Assembly (NCBI RefSeq): GCF_009914755.1
Contig: NC_060935.1
Length of the DNA stretch: 64,000 nucleotides
Reading direction: 5' to 3' (one strand)
Origin: the human T2T-CHM13v2.0 reference genome, Homo sapiens
Made by a program: the position numbers and the translations under genes. Shown one piece after another: positions 41,303 through 55,489 of this stretch; position 1 is the first letter of the stretch, and each line of letters starts with the position of its first letter. The notes beneath the pieces were generated by a model that did no database searches, was not told where the DNA came from, and saw only the letters and a list, made by a program, of their open reading frames with translations.

Positions 41303-44300
41303 GGGCTTCTCACTCCTGGGAGGACCTTCCTAACTGACTCTATCATAGCAGACTTGCTACTTACCTCCCAAATGATACTCATCTAAGGGTAAAAATCATA
41401 TAGCATAACCCTGTCATCTCCTTGAGTTTGGAGACAGTTGTTTACTTCCTTCTCTTTGTGGAGTTTCTTTGTAATGCATGGTGCTTTGTGCAGTGCCAGG
41501 GCATTGGTGAGCACCTACAATAACTGGTAGATTTGACCCTGAGCTATCTGGGTTTTACCATGGGCCAGTTCATGCCTGGTGGCTGTTGTGGGAAAAAGAG
41601 ACTCAAGATGAGGAACTTGACCCAGAAATGGATGAAATAATTATTCACACTGCAGTTGCTCTCAGCCAGGGTGACCTTGGGGGAAATGCCTTCTGCATCT
41701 GGACCCTCATGTGTCTAACACAGGATCTGATCCTGAGCTTAAGTTCCGTCCCCAGCACTCAGCTTCTATGGTTCAATGAAGACCAAAGCAAACTCCATTT
41801 TCCCGAACCCCTGCTTTACCCATCAGCCTTCAGAACAGGCTAAATTCATACCCAAAATGTCAGAGGAAAGACTGTTTCATCTAGTTCATAAGCAGCTCAT
41901 TTCTTTTCTCCTATTAAGAGATCAGAAGAGAGAGTTACATTTTTCCTTCACTCTGTCCTTGACGTTTATTATGATCCACGTGCTACCATCAGCTGAAAAC
42001 TGCTCACAGGCTATCACAGCATTTCTCATGCTTGAGTCATTCATGTTCAGCCTCCGCTATTTTTGCCCTATGTGAACGCCACCTCTAGTATTATTTCTGT
42101 AATAGTGTTGAACACTGACTGATTCTTTGTACTCCAGTAAGTGTATTCTAAGACAAAATTTTAGATCACTACCATCAATAAAAATCCAGTATCACCTGCC
42201 ATAAATAGAGGGTGGAAGTGAAAATGAATATGACATAAAACCATTTTTTATTGAATTCTAGCTAGATATTATTGTCTGCTAAGCCTCTGCTATCTGCTCT
42301 GTTTGTTAAAAATGGAGGTTAAAAAGTATTAGACGGTGTTGAAGGCACAGCACCACCTAATCAAAGTTTAATCCTTGTCATACTCAGAAAGATTGAAAAA
42401 GAATTTAAAAAGGAATAATTTTCTCACCCCATGATAGGACATAACTTAATCCCTCATCAATGCACCCCCAATCATCTCATGTGCCCCCTAAAATCATCTT
42501 TCAATTCATCAGAACATTCATTTCACACTTTGAGTAAAGCTATATGATTTCCCTGGATCTTTACTCAGGTATGGTTGAGCTACTGACAACACAGAATTTA
42601 CAGCTTGTCAGCTGCAGGTCTGAGTCCTGCTTTACCACTTCCTAGCTGTGTGATTTTGGAAAAGTCACTAAACCTCCCTGAGCTTCTCTTTCCTGGTCTG
42701 CAAAATGGGGATAATCATAGTCCCTACCTCCTAAAGACTTTCAAAAAATGCTTGGCCTGCAGTCATGCTCAATCAATTATGGCTGACATTATTATTGATT
42801 ATCATCAAATCTATATGGTAGGCATTTTGATATCCATTCTACACATAAAGAAAGTAAGGTCCAGTTGAGTAATCTATCAAGCTCACGTAGCCTTGCTTTT
42901 CCCACTCTACTAAACAACTGTTCTAAAAAGCAGCAAGGGTTGTCATGAATATTTTAAGTCAGAGATGTTTACTGTTGTCCTGTTTTATTTTTCCTAGCTC
43001 TGCAGGCTTGCTTAGCTGCCTTACACTGAAATACAGAGAACAATGGTGCATACACATAAGCTATCAGCTGGGGTAGATTCAGGCCCAGCCATGATGTCCC
43101 TGACACGTCTTTGGCCCCCAAAGCATGCCAGCTTACCCTGGGATATGCCATTTTGTGTAGGAAAGCAGATGAGGACAGAGGTCTTGTCTAGCACCACTTG
43201 GAGAAGCAAAATGAAGTGCAGAGCCCTGCCACTGACATTATGACAGGGGTGGGATGGACAGTGCCATTCCTGTACCTTTCTATTTTTAATGTTCCATTTC
43301 TACACTTCTTGCCTGATTTTAATTAAGCTCCACTTCAAATCACTGCCTAGAGAGAAGACTTTAACATTATAGAAAAACACAAGTCTGGGAGAGCTCATAC
43401 TACATATGCTGCTTGCTTTCCCTTCCCGAGGCTTCTCCCTGGTTTTAAAACATCAAGTCCTGCTCTGGAGTGGATAATATGTGGGCAGCAAAAATAACAC
43501 ATCCCAGAATAGACTTTTTCCCCCACCACCTTCCCAGAGACTGGGGGCTCTAGAGACAAAAGTAATAAAGAGGGCCTTTTGTCATGTAACTCGAGGTGAG
43601 GGAAGGTGAGAGATTGAACACTTTCAGTATAAAAATTACAAGTTATATTTCAGCATCACTCATGAGCTCTGATTGTGTTGTAGGTTTCCATCCTCATACT
43701 AGAATCAGCTTACCAAGCTCCAGGTTCCTTACCAGATGCCTTGAGGCTCTCTCCCACTCCCCAGCTGAAGCAAAACAAAATATGTAAAGAATGAATGGAA
43801 ACTCATGCTGGAGGTTGGAAATAAAAAGCCATGGGGCCTTGGGGATAAAGAAGCTAAATGGTCTGACATTTTGTTGATGCTTACCAAAGCATTGTCCCAC
43901 ACATGAGATCGTCACACCTACCAGAGAATGACACAGCCACATACACATCCCTAAAAAGAACTTAGAATTTCTACTTCAAGATTCAATACATTTATTCTGA
44001 ATTTTTATTGACTGCCTCTTAAGCTCTGCCTTGCAAGTGACACAAAGCTGACCTTGCCCTCTAAGAACTGATCATCATCGTCAGCCCAGATGACAAGGTG
44101 TATGTATTCAGGCAGGAGCTGGGGCAGGATAGCATGGCAGTAACTCAAATATATAACTAATGCTAACAAAAATCATAATATAAGGATCCCTAGCCAGTCA
44201 AGTAAGAAACAGTCCATATAGGAATAAAGTATCTGGTTGTCAGAAATCAAGAATTTGGGATAAGGTAAAGTAAAACTTACCAGACTCACAAAATTGGGTG

Positions 44301-45734
44301 GGGGTGAAGAGGGAGGATGATTCAGGCAGAACAGTGTGGGCAAAGGCATGAAGGGAAAAGTATACGTGACCCTCCAATAGGCTGTAGCACAGTTGTCAGT
44401 AACAATAATTGTTAATACTTATAATGCACTTAAACCATCAGCCAGGCAAGGGCTTTATACACAGCATCCAATTTAACCTGCACAACACCTTGATGTGGAA
44501 ATACAGTGTTACTTGCCCCATTCTTCAGTTGAGGAAACAGGCTTGGCCTTGCTGAAGGTCAAGCATGTGATCCTCTAAGAACTGGGGCTAGGTTTATGTG
44601 ATTCCAGAGCTCACTCTCTTTAGGGAAAGTGATGAGGCAGGAGTGGCCACAGAATATTCCTCCACCTCTTCCTAGGTACCTTTAGTGGTGGCACATTGTC
44701 AGTGCCGGGCTAAGCCTCCTCAAAGAAGGAGTCAAATTATCTCTTCTGAAATAACTACCTAAGTTACTTCAGCTCTCAAGTGAACAAGGACAGTGGTGAC
44801 TTTGGGCAACTGTGCCTCACCAAGAGAAAAGAAGACTGGGGTCTTAGCAAATACTCAGCAGCCTGACAGAGGGTACATATGGGTTGGAGGAGAAGCCCAA
44901 AGAACAGAGTGAGTGTTATAAGGTGTACTCTGGTTTCATGAGAGGTAGAGAGCAGCTCCCACCCAGAGCTAAGAGCAGAGAGGAGGGCTCAGTGCGGGGA
45001 ATGAGAGCAGGTGCATCTTTCCATCTTATGTGAGAGGCTGTCTCACTGGAGGCAGTGTCTGAAAGAAGAACTGGATGGCAGAAAGTGAAATCCCCATTGC
45101 TGAGTATCCCTCCCCAGCATTGCAGCAGCCAGGTAGAATTTCCATGACCTCCCAGGCCAAGAAGAACATGAGCTGCACATGCTGAGTGGCCCAGGAAAAG
45201 AAAAGATGGCTAAGATATATGCAAGAATACATGAAATATATGAAAACTTGCCTTGCTTATTTGGATAAATCATTCCATTTCTGCCAGGGTACAGACAGTC
45301 CCAAAGGGTGGCATCTTCCTCTCTCATTCATGGGGTGAGTTTTGAGCTGTTTTCTTGCAGAGACGATGGGTGGAGTTGACTCATCTGTGTTCACTTTGGT
45401 CCAGCACCTGTAGGCCAGGTGTGCTACCCTCAGTGAGAACCCTTTGCCTCATTCATCCTAAAGCAACCTACTTTGTCTCACCCACTGTTGAAACTCTGAA
45501 TGCAAGCCCCATTTCCTTGCTTCCCATTGTTTCATTTGCCTCTTGTTTATGAGCTCCCCTCATGACTTTGATACAGCACCAACTTGGCTCCAATCCACAT
45601 TCCCTCCCTTCCTAGTGACATAGGCAAGTATCCACCATGGTCCAGCTGGACCCTCAGAACCTCCTCTCTCAGGTTTTACTGATTGTTCTCACTCTTCATC
45701 TCCCTGCCACCATCTGTCAACTACAATGACTTTG

Positions 45735-45840
45735 GTGACCAATGGCCACTGGGCAGTCTACAACAGTGGAGCAAAGTGAAGCTGATGGGTCCCCTGAGAA
45801 TTGAAACCTGAACCTGTGACTTCGTTTCCCTTAGTACCAC
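45735..45840 (-). mobile_element. MamSINE1-like tRNA-derived ancient SINE fragment
   Basis: Reverse-strand tRNA-like head ('gaacctgtgacttcgtttcccttagtaccac') and 'gtgaccaatggc..gcagtct..tggagcaaagtgaagctga'; matched from memory. Confidence 0.45.
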
Positions 45841-46039
45841 CAGGGGTGGGAACACACCCATGATGCCTTGAGATCTTTGCAAAGGGAGACTCTGTGACCT
45901 CATTTAATGTTTTTAGGAGTAGGCAACATCTGCAACGATACTTGAGAGACTTTCACAGTTTTGTTTCTTTGCTGAACAGTCAGAAGTACAATTAGCTGAA
46001 TTAACAGGCTGACTTCTTGCTACTCAGAGTGCACCCAAG

Positions 46040-46178
46040 CAACCATCCACTTCACCTAGGAGCCCCATACAAATGCAGAACCCCAGGCCCCAACCAGACC
46101 TGCAGAATGAGAAACCACATTTCCATCAGAATCCTAGGTGATTCTTAAACACATGAGAGTTTCAGTAAGAAGCACTAT
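46040..46178. mobile_element. MER5-like hAT fragment
   Basis: 'aaatgcagaaccccaggccccaaccagacctgcagaatgagaa..aggtgattctt..gaagcact'. Confidence 0.6.
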
Positions 46179-46924
46179 TCTACCTGATCTTGAAATTCAC
46201 TCAACCAGGCTACAGGTCTAAAATTGTTTCAGTTGGAAAAGCAAATGCAAAACAAAATGATAGTAGCCTGAGAGTTCTGGAGCCACTAATACTCCTGGAC
46301 AATGCATGAAGAAGCCTTGGGGTCTGGCCCAGCAGCTGGCTCCCCCATCAGTCATGGTGCCTTCACCACTGTCTGCAACTACCAAAAGGGGTGCAATGTA
46401 GGACAGAAGGGAGTAAACAAAGAGGTGACTTGGAGAGAAAGTAGAGAAGGGATGGAGAGGGCAAGGGAAGGAAGTATGCCTGGTAAAGAGAAACTACAAG
46501 GCTGCCCCTTGGCCTCTCTTGTCTCTTAGGATCAGATGCATCTTTCACTCATTTTTCAGCTGGACCAGACCCTCCTCACTTACAGAGCCTTCATCAACAA
46601 ATCACGCCACCCAGGTGATGGCTTCATTCTGCTATGCTATCTTATGGTGTCACCATGTGTATTGGTCCCCTCTCCCCTGCTTTGGTGGCTCTGGGGACTG
46701 GGCATTTAGCCACATGACAACTCCCAAAGCTAGATTATTAGCTTTTCCTGTTATTTTAGTATCTCTCAAGTACACACTCCATACAATTTATTTGAGATAT
46801 TTATCCTCAGTTTCACAGGTGATTATTGCAAACTTATTCTCAATAACCAGGAAGGACCTAGCAAAGGACCAGCCACAAATATGAGTATGGTGCTTTGGGT
46901 GGCCTCAAGAAGTTCCCAGTCATA

Positions 46925-47126
46925 GTAAGAATTATAATCAATAACTTATTATTGTAGCAATAATTATCATCAAGGTAATTACAGTAGGTTATAATTATAA
47001 TCAATAGCACTTATAGACAATAATAAATTGTAATCAATAACTCAAAGTAAGAATCTACAACCAATGATTAAAATCAATAATTCTTGTAATTATAATCAAT
47101 AACTCTTAGAATTATAATCAATAACT
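46925..47126 (+). repeat. AT-rich degenerate array of (ATTAT)AATCAATA(AC)
   Basis: Six AATCAATA copies at 46936, 46999, 47032, 47072, 47094 and 47116. Confidence 0.85.
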
Positions 47127-47129
47127 ATT

Positions 47130-47340
47130 TTTCACCAGGAACCATTCTAAGCCCTTCATTTAGATTAATTCATTTAATCCTTAAAATAAGTTTGTGAGGT
47201 TGGTATTTTTAAGGATCTTCATTTTACAGGTGGGGAAACTGAGGCACAGAGGATTTGGGTAACTTGCTCGAACTTGTTTAGCACATGGTAGTTTGGGATG
47301 CAAGCCCAGGCAGCCTGGCTGGGGCATCTGGCTTCTGCCC
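47130..47340 (-). mobile_element. MIR
   Basis: 'cattttacaggtggggaaactgaggcacagagg..gtaacttgctc'. Confidence 0.8.
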
Positions 47341-48573
47341 ACTGCTCACAGCATGATCAGAGATTCAGGCCTATGTACAACCCAGGGATCCACATTTCAG
47401 AAGCACGACACACCAGAGCAGGGCATGAGCCATGTGTGGGGCACTGGGGCACCTTCTCTCAGAGATGGTGACTTGATAAAGCCTGGAGGAGCAGGGCCCA
47501 GTCACAGGAAGAGGCAAGGGCGTGTGAGATGGTGGCCACCCCTGCTCCTGCTCACTGTCCCTTCTGCAGGAGCAGCTGCCCTTTCAGCTCCTTTCTCCGT
47601 TCAACACCTTCTTTCAGACCTCAAGACCCATGACCAAGTGCTGCTGTTTCCATAGCCAGGTTGGGCCCCCTCATGAATGGGACAAACCCGGTAGGGATGC
47701 CAGTCATGATCTTCTGCCCCTAGACTGTGCCAAACAACAGGTCCCAGGAACCAAGCAAAGGGCTGGGGAGCAGCTGGTCTAGGGAGGGGCTGAGGTCAGG
47801 CTGTGGGTGAGAGCAGAAGGTAGAAACAAGGGTGAGAGAAGCAGAAACAAAGGTTGAGGTACAAGGTGAAACTAAGTGGGAACGCAGGAAAGACCCCAGA
47901 AAATGAGTAGATGTGAAACAGGGAGAGGGCTGCAGGCTGTGCTGCAACAAGGTGAGGGGCTGTGGGTGCCCCATCTGCTGGGCAGGAAGTGGTAGGGCTA
48001 ATGCAGCATGGGCAAGGGGCATACTTGTCTGAGAACTGGGCAAGGAGCCATTGCCATGATACAGAGCACTGGGTCAATGATTAACACAGCATCCCAGAGT
48101 CATATACACCAGGAGGCAGAGGAAACAGAAATCAGATCATGGGATTAATATAGCTCAAGTTCAAAGTATTAACTCTGAGCCAGGCACTTTGCTAAGTACT
48201 CCATGCAGATTACCTTATTTAACCCTCACATGTAGTACCTAAGAACGTCGGCTCCAAAGCCAGGTTGAGTTTGAATGCTGACTCCTCCGTGTCTTAGCTG
48301 TGTGATCTTGAGCAAGTTACTTAAACTCTGTGTTTCTCAGCTTCCTCATCTGTGAAGTGGGATTATGTTAGTAGATATGTCATACATTTGTGATGAAGAT
48401 TAAATAAAATAATAGAGGTGACATTTAAAGTAGTGCCCTGCAGGTTAGGGCTTCACTGCCCTGTGTCCTCTGCTCTGGGATGCCTAGGTGATTCTACCAC
48501 AGCCTCCCTCGCTCTGTGACTTGCTGGCTTTGAATGATTTATAGCTAAGACTCCAAGACACTCCCGAAGCTGA

Positions 48574-48786
<213 letters not shown>

Positions 48787-48789
48787 AGA

Positions 48790-48985
48790 ACGAGTGTCCA
48801 ACCTTTTGACTTCCCCGGCCATATTGGAAGAAGAAACATTGTCTTGGGCCACACATAAAATACACTAACACTAATGATAGCTGATGAGCTAAAAAGAAAA
48901 AGGGTTTGTGTATAGTTTTCATGATATTTGTACCACAGATAAGCAAAAAAGTCCTCTCATTCAAAGGGTTGGTTGGACACCACTG
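48790..48985 (+). mobile_element. MER30/MER30B-like hAT-Charlie MITE carried inside the retrocopy
   Basis: Terminal inverted repeats GTGTCCAACC (48794-48803) and GGTTGGACAC (48971-48980). The internal 'gggccacacataaaatacactaacactaatgatagctgatgagc' matches the recalled MER30 consensus. Confidence 0.85.
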
Positions 48986-49219
48986 GTTAAAAGTATCTAC
49001 TCACCTTCTAGATTTTTTAAATGTCCTGTGTCATTAATGAGCTTAGAACATTGCTAAGCAAATATTAAGCCATCTATTATTTTTTAATAACTATTATCTT
49101 ATAATTTTGTCTTATACTTAGTAGGGAGCCTGCTGGCACTGTGTCATTAAGATATATCTATATATATAAATGTGTAAGGTGATACACATACACATACCTA
49201 TATAAATCGTACATGTGTA

Positions 49220-49419
49220 TAGTCAGTTCTTAATGTTGACAGGTTCTTGGAAGCTGTAACTGTAAGTGAAGCAACATATTGCTTAAGAAAACAAATTTTA
49301 CCATAGTTTAATTGATACAAACAAAAGGTATTTGAATGGCATATAGCAACATTGTTTCACTTTTTAAAAACCGCAGTTTTCAAGAACCTATTTTACACAT
49401 TAAGTGAGGACTTACTGTA
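49220..49419. mobile_element. MER6B-like TcMar-Tigger MITE inside the retrocopy 3' part
   Basis: Ends in ttaagtgaggacttactgTA. Internal inverted repeat aggttcttg (49241-49249) / caagaacct (49381-49389). Confidence 0.7.
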
Positions 49420-50089
49420 TGACTATTTGTGTAACATGGATTTTTCAGATAAAAATTGTATAACAAAAAATAAAAAATAAAAATAATAAAGTAGTGCCCT
49501 GCAGAGAATAAAACCTCATTACATTTAATGATACTTATTATTACTACGATCATCCTCTTTTAGATACCAAGACATTGAAGCCCAGATTGAAGTTGAATTA
49601 TGGCTGAGAAGCAAACCCAGTCAGTCCTTCCAGAGAAGCTGAATGTGTTATCATTGTGGTTCCCCGCTTCACGTGAATTCAGAGGAACAAGGGGAAGAGA
49701 GGAGACACAGGTGAGAGGACAAAAACCCCCAGAACAAAGTGGTCAGTAAAGCAGAGTAGAAGAAGCGGGCCTGGGGCCATTTCTGAGTAGATCTCACGAC
49801 TGCAGGTGCAGGTTGCAGGATGTGGGTGGCTGGTGAGCTGAGCACAGCAGGAGGCCCTGGAGATGGAACCCCCGTGTGGTAGTAGCATCCAAGCTTTGGG
49901 CCCTCCAGTCAAGGTGGCTATTTCAGTTGGGCCACGAGAACCATGTCTAAAAACCCCAGGTCCTTGCTGCAAAGTCGTCACTCTGGTCAGAGCCACACAA
50001 GTACTTGCAGACCCGGGCAGTGGCATCAGCAGGTCACTGGGCCTGGACTGGGATGAGGAGGGCTACAGAGGAGGGTGAGCAATGGTAAA

Positions 50090-50325
50090 AGCTAAGACAG
50101 ACTGAGTGATCACCACCTGTGAAAAACTGTTCTACACACTTCATACTTCTACTTGATCTTCACCGTGACCCTAAGAATTGATTCTATTATTATCCCTAAT
50201 TGGTAGACTAGGACATCAAGGCACAGAGAAGTCAAGTAACATTTGCAAAGTCACACAGCAGGTAAGTCACAGAGCCAGAAGCGGAATCCAGGCTGTCTGG
50301 CTCCACAGTCCATACTCCTAACCTC
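50090..50325 (-). mobile_element. MIR
   Basis: 'aaggcacagagaagtcaagtaac..agtcacacagcaggtaagtcacagagccag'. Confidence 0.75.
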
Positions 50326-50469
50326 CAGTATCAGTAATAACCAGCCAGGCTAGTCTCAGAAATATCTAGACAATCTATTAGGCCTAAAAACTCCTATTTG
50401 TCACTGGATCCTTGGCCTAAACAGTAAAGTATGTTTAGTGCAGTCAATTAAAAGCTAGAAATGGAGAAA

Positions 50470-50845
50470 ATATTAGACAATCCCAGATTGAGAGGTATTC
50501 TATTAAAAAAAAAAAAACCCTCTTTGAAAGTGTCAAGATCATGAAAAGACATGGAAAGACCGAGGAACTATCTCAGATGGGAGGAAGCTACAGAGACATG
50601 ACAACTAAATGCAGTGCAGGACCTGGATTGGATCCTAGAACAGAGAGAGAACATTACTGGAAAAATATGAAATCCAAGTAAATTCTAGCAATTGTTGCAA
50701 AGTTAATTTCTTAGTTTCGATCAATGCTCTATGATTATGTAATACGTACGATACCATTAAAGGAAGCTGAGGGAGGAGAATGTGGGAACTCTATGTATTA
50801 TTTTTCCAATTCTTCTATAAGTCTAAAATTGTCTGAAATTTTTAA
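50470..50845 (+). mobile_element. L1MC/L1ME-like 3' fragment
   Basis: 'gagacatgacaactaaatgcagtgcaggacctggattggatcct..gggaactctatgtattatttttccaattcttctataagtctaaaatt'. Confidence 0.75.
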
Positions 50846-53258
50846 AAATTTTCAAAAGACAAAAAATGTAAATGAAAAAAGGATCAAAGCCACTGCCATT
50901 CTTGGGTTAAAAACCAACATGTTTATCTTTATAATTGTAACCAAATTATCCTGTTTCCACTTATGTATGTGAATAATTACTCATCTTGATTTAACATTAT
51001 ATCTGTTTTCAATTGTGAATAATAATTTTTTTTAAGCCGGCAATGGTTACATTTAGACACCTGGATCTGCTTCAGAAAAAAAAGCAAAAACAAAAACCAG
51101 ATTACTTCCACATGCTTCAAGATATGAATCTATCATCTCCCCCTCTCTTTGACTCATATCCTCAATGTCGCTATTCGACAAATTTCCTCAACCCCTGCAC
51201 ATTGATGGAAGCTGCTAGGAAAAGCCTGGATCACTTGGAGGTTGAAGGTCATTTTGTAGCCAGCAGTGAGCTTCCAGAAATGCAGCTGGTACTATAACCA
51301 CTGAGGAATGAGCAGGCCAAGTGTCTTCATGAAGATCAGAATGGCTGACAGGCAGAATGGTAAAGCAGAAATAGGTGTATGTCCCCCCTTCCAATGTGCG
51401 GGGCACTGACGTAAACACTCTATCCCCATTAACTCATTTAGCGCTCACTACATCCTTAGGAGGAAGGAGCCATTAATATTATTCCCATCTCACAGATCAG
51501 GAAATTGAAGGTCAGAGGGGTTAAGCAACTTCCCAAGGATGTACAGCAAGTCAGCAGTAAAGTTGGGATAGAGAATGGAAACCACGTGTCTCAAGAGACT
51601 GTAGGCATCTTTTTCCTTTTCAAACTTTCTTGTTTCAACCAATATTGGACTGGCTATCTCTGTCAAATCATCCCTGGTTTGTTCTCAACTCAGAGAGTGG
51701 GCTGCAGGTCAGCCAGATGAATGCCACAGAGCATGCACTGTGTAACAGATGCTCTACACCCGTCATTCCATCTGTTCGTTACCAAAGGGGGATGATGATC
51801 AACTCTATTTTCGTGAGATAACTGAGGCTCAGAAAGGCTAAGGAACTTGTCCAGCACCAGAGAGCTAAGTGGCTGTGTCAGAACTTAAGCCCACACATCC
51901 CTGATGGCCGAGGTCTGTGCTCTCTTCATTCATTCTATTTCCAAGGAAGACTCGCAAGATGAAAAAAAATCATCAAGTAGATACCAAGAAAGGAACCTCC
52001 CAACAACCCCTAAAAAGTAAGCTGCAAAGATAGGCCTGAATAGGCATATTCATGCTGATTATTCCATTGACTTTGCCTGTCGTATTTGTCAAATCCAGAT
52101 AATTCAGACCCTGAACAAAAAGAAACGTTTTTGTTTTGTTTTCTCATTTTACATACTGACATGTTCTAGCTTATCTAGAAAATTGCAAGCATTCTTTTTC
52201 TTTATCCCAGTGTTGGCTTTTCTTTAAGAAACACAGATTCACAACCTATTTCACTAACTGGCCATTGATAAATAAAAATACTTGCACATGGCAAATGGAA
52301 GCAACATTGTGCAGGAACTTGGAGGTTCCTTTAGTAGTTTCAGCCAGAAGAATAAAGCCATACAGAACCACACAAGCTCCCAGAAATCCAAACCCAGCTG
52401 ATTGGTTTTACACTTGGAAACATAATCAGCACCACCACTGCCTCCCATCCCAAAAGCCCTTCCACAGTTACTAACTCCAAATTCTGAACAGGAAAAGCAA
52501 TATGCAAATTTAGAAAAAGGCAGAACCCCCAGATCCTAAAGCCCAGGCTCAAATCACAGTGGCTTGATGCCTTTGCAAAGCATTACTTTAGGGACTGATT
52601 ATTCTGAAACGTTGTTTGGGTGATGATACCCAAGACACCAGGGCCCTGCCTCCTGGGAAGACAGCAGTATTAGCTTGTGGCTGCATAGTAGACATCGTTC
52701 ATCAAAAACAGAAGAAATACCAAGAAAAAATATTGATGCTAGCTGGTCTGAAGCAGTTTAAAATTGTCACAAACCTGCACTGATTTGTTAGCATCTTTAT
52801 CTCTGAAAGCGCTCACCCTTATTCACATCAGCAATTTGTGTCTTTAGGAATAACTGAAAATTTTCATGAAAACTAAGAACCACCTAGTATAAGATTAAGA
52901 ACCTTTCCAATGCATTGGAGACAAGAAGGACAGGGTGAAAAAATAAGTCTGCCTGTAACTGAAGCTCTCAATTGGATTGATAAGTCTTGTGCCTTGAACT
53001 TACTGCTCACAAAAGCAACAAGAGTGTGACAGGCAAGAGTGTCTCCAGACTAATATATAACCCGTGGTTCTCTTCAGTTAAGCTCTATGAATAGTTGTCT
53101 ATAAGGATGCAGTTAAAGTTGGCAATACCTGGCCAGATTGGCAAGGATGCATAGCCAATGCGGCTAAATGTAGCTCATGGAAGGGGAAGGAGAAGATGGA
53201 GGGGTAAGTCTGAAGCTCCATTGTCTGTGAATTAAATGCATTAAAATTTGTGACACAT

Positions 53259-53555
<297 letters not shown>

Positions 53556-55489
53556 ATTGTGACACAGAGGGCAGTGCCCGGCACATAGGAAGTCTATGTA
53601 AATGCCAGCCTTTGTTATTGCTGCTGCTACTGTTATTACTAATAAAATTTTTAGACTGCCCTGATTCACAAAACTATTGCAAATCCTTTGCCACATTTAG
53701 ACAATGCAATTTCAATAGGCAATACAGACTTTTTTTTAAGCCAGACATAAAATCCTGGGTAAGCAAACTCCCACCCACAAAGAACATGGCACCTGTGCCT
53801 CGGACATATTCCTCGGGAGAGATCACCTAGCAATTTGGGAGCTTAGAAGCCTTTGCTTCAGGCTTGAGAACATGCCAAGGACTCTCCATGAGAATCAGTC
53901 TAGGGAGAGAGGAAGAGAGACATTTGATCGCCTTTCCCAGTGAAAAGCATATGTCCGGGGCACGCAGGCTTCCTCCACTCACTTATGGATGGAAACAATG
54001 CTAAGCACATTCTGTCCCAAGAACTTACTTATGCTTATCCTTAAGGCTTCACTTTTTAATTTAAATCCCAGGATCCTGCCATAAACCGGCCAATTGAAAG
54101 CTTGATCTGAGAACAACTTCTGGGCAATCAATTACTTACGTGGCGAATCCCAACAGCCAAAACAAATGTCATCCAGACATCCCCAGAGTTGGTTAGAAGC
54201 TATGGCCATTTTAAATTCTCCTTTCCATGATTATCACTAACAATATTTAATAAACTCCATTTAACCACCGACTGCAAAGACTTTACTTGCACGCTGATAC
54301 CGGGTCAGGTTCATTATGTTAAGCAGACACCTGATTGTCCCAGGCAATCTATAAAAGGTCATACCTGTTATAATTCCCATGATTCTCATATTTTCATAAT
54401 CCATCTGATTTTATCATTTAATCCCTCAGCCTGCTTTTGAAAAACCCAAGAGCTCACTGGTTTGATAAGACAATCAACATTAAGCAAGTTCCCAAACTGT
54501 AGATGCACAGCATGCAATGCCAATACCCTCAGCTCTGCAGTCCTGTGAAATGAAACACCTCCTTGACATAAGAACACCCTGATGCTCTGGGTGGTTCGAC
54601 TCCACCTAAAGATTCCATGGAAAAGGCCTTGGCTTTTGCTTTGCTTCTGAAAAATAAGCCAGGTTGTAGCCCTGGTCATTGTGAGCACTAACCTTCTCCA
54701 AATGTGGTCCTTGGGCCTCTTCATGGATGCATATGTGCGAGTTATTCTAGGTGATCTCTTGTTAAAGAGTTTTATTTTAAATCCCAGCTAATCTGTGCGA
54801 CTCCCTGGATTGGTCTGATCTCTCGATACATCTTAGTTCAGGCCTACAGCGAGCTGCAAAAAGACAGTGCAAACACTTTTGCTGTTTGTCTCCCTCTTTC
54901 CCTTTCTTCCAATCAATTCTGTTCCATCAGGAACCCCTCATCTCTTCTGCATAAAGAGGTATATAAATAAAAACAAAATAAATAAATAAAAGGGCTGCGT
55001 GAGTTGCTGATTCTCCCTATAGTGACAGCGCTAAGGCAGTTTAAAGAGGGGAGTGTGTGGGTGTCTGCACGGGCAGTGCCTCAGTGCTTCGCTGTTTGTT
55101 TTGAGTGCCTCTGGGTATTTTTAGAATCTGTAGGGAGAAGCTGAGCTGCACTGGATGACTGTTATGCTCCCAATGACACCCTGGGCTTAAAGAAACAGGA
55201 TTCACAGCGACTGCTAAAGTTTCAGGCAATAGAAGACAACATCTGACAAAATTACACGTAGTGGGGATGGAGGTAGAAGAAAAGAGAAGGAAAAGAAAAG
55301 AAAACTCCTTGACAAACTAAGTTGGAGTGAAGTATTACAGAGCTCAGGTATAAGTTACTCAATTATGAGATTTTTTTAAGAGTTTGCAGTAGCCACATAT
55401 ATTTTCCTCCTTTCATCCCTTTGTTTCTTTTCTCTTATTTTCATCATTCGGGCAGCTTTTTGGGCAGCCACCTTTTCCATGTCATCCCA

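Noticed and set aside
42075-42092. CTCF-like CGCCACCTCTAGT (also GTGCCCCCTGGG at 15181)
   Set aside because: Partial matches only; not supportable without a PWM scan or ChIP data.
45795-45840. tRNA-like sequence on the minus strand
   Set aside because: Too degenerate for a cloverleaf and continuous with SINE body sequence; treated as a MamSINE1-like relic.
46925-47126. Repeat-spacer appearance resembling a CRISPR array
   Set aside because: Eukaryotic context, short degenerate repeats, irregular low-complexity spacers and no cas genes.
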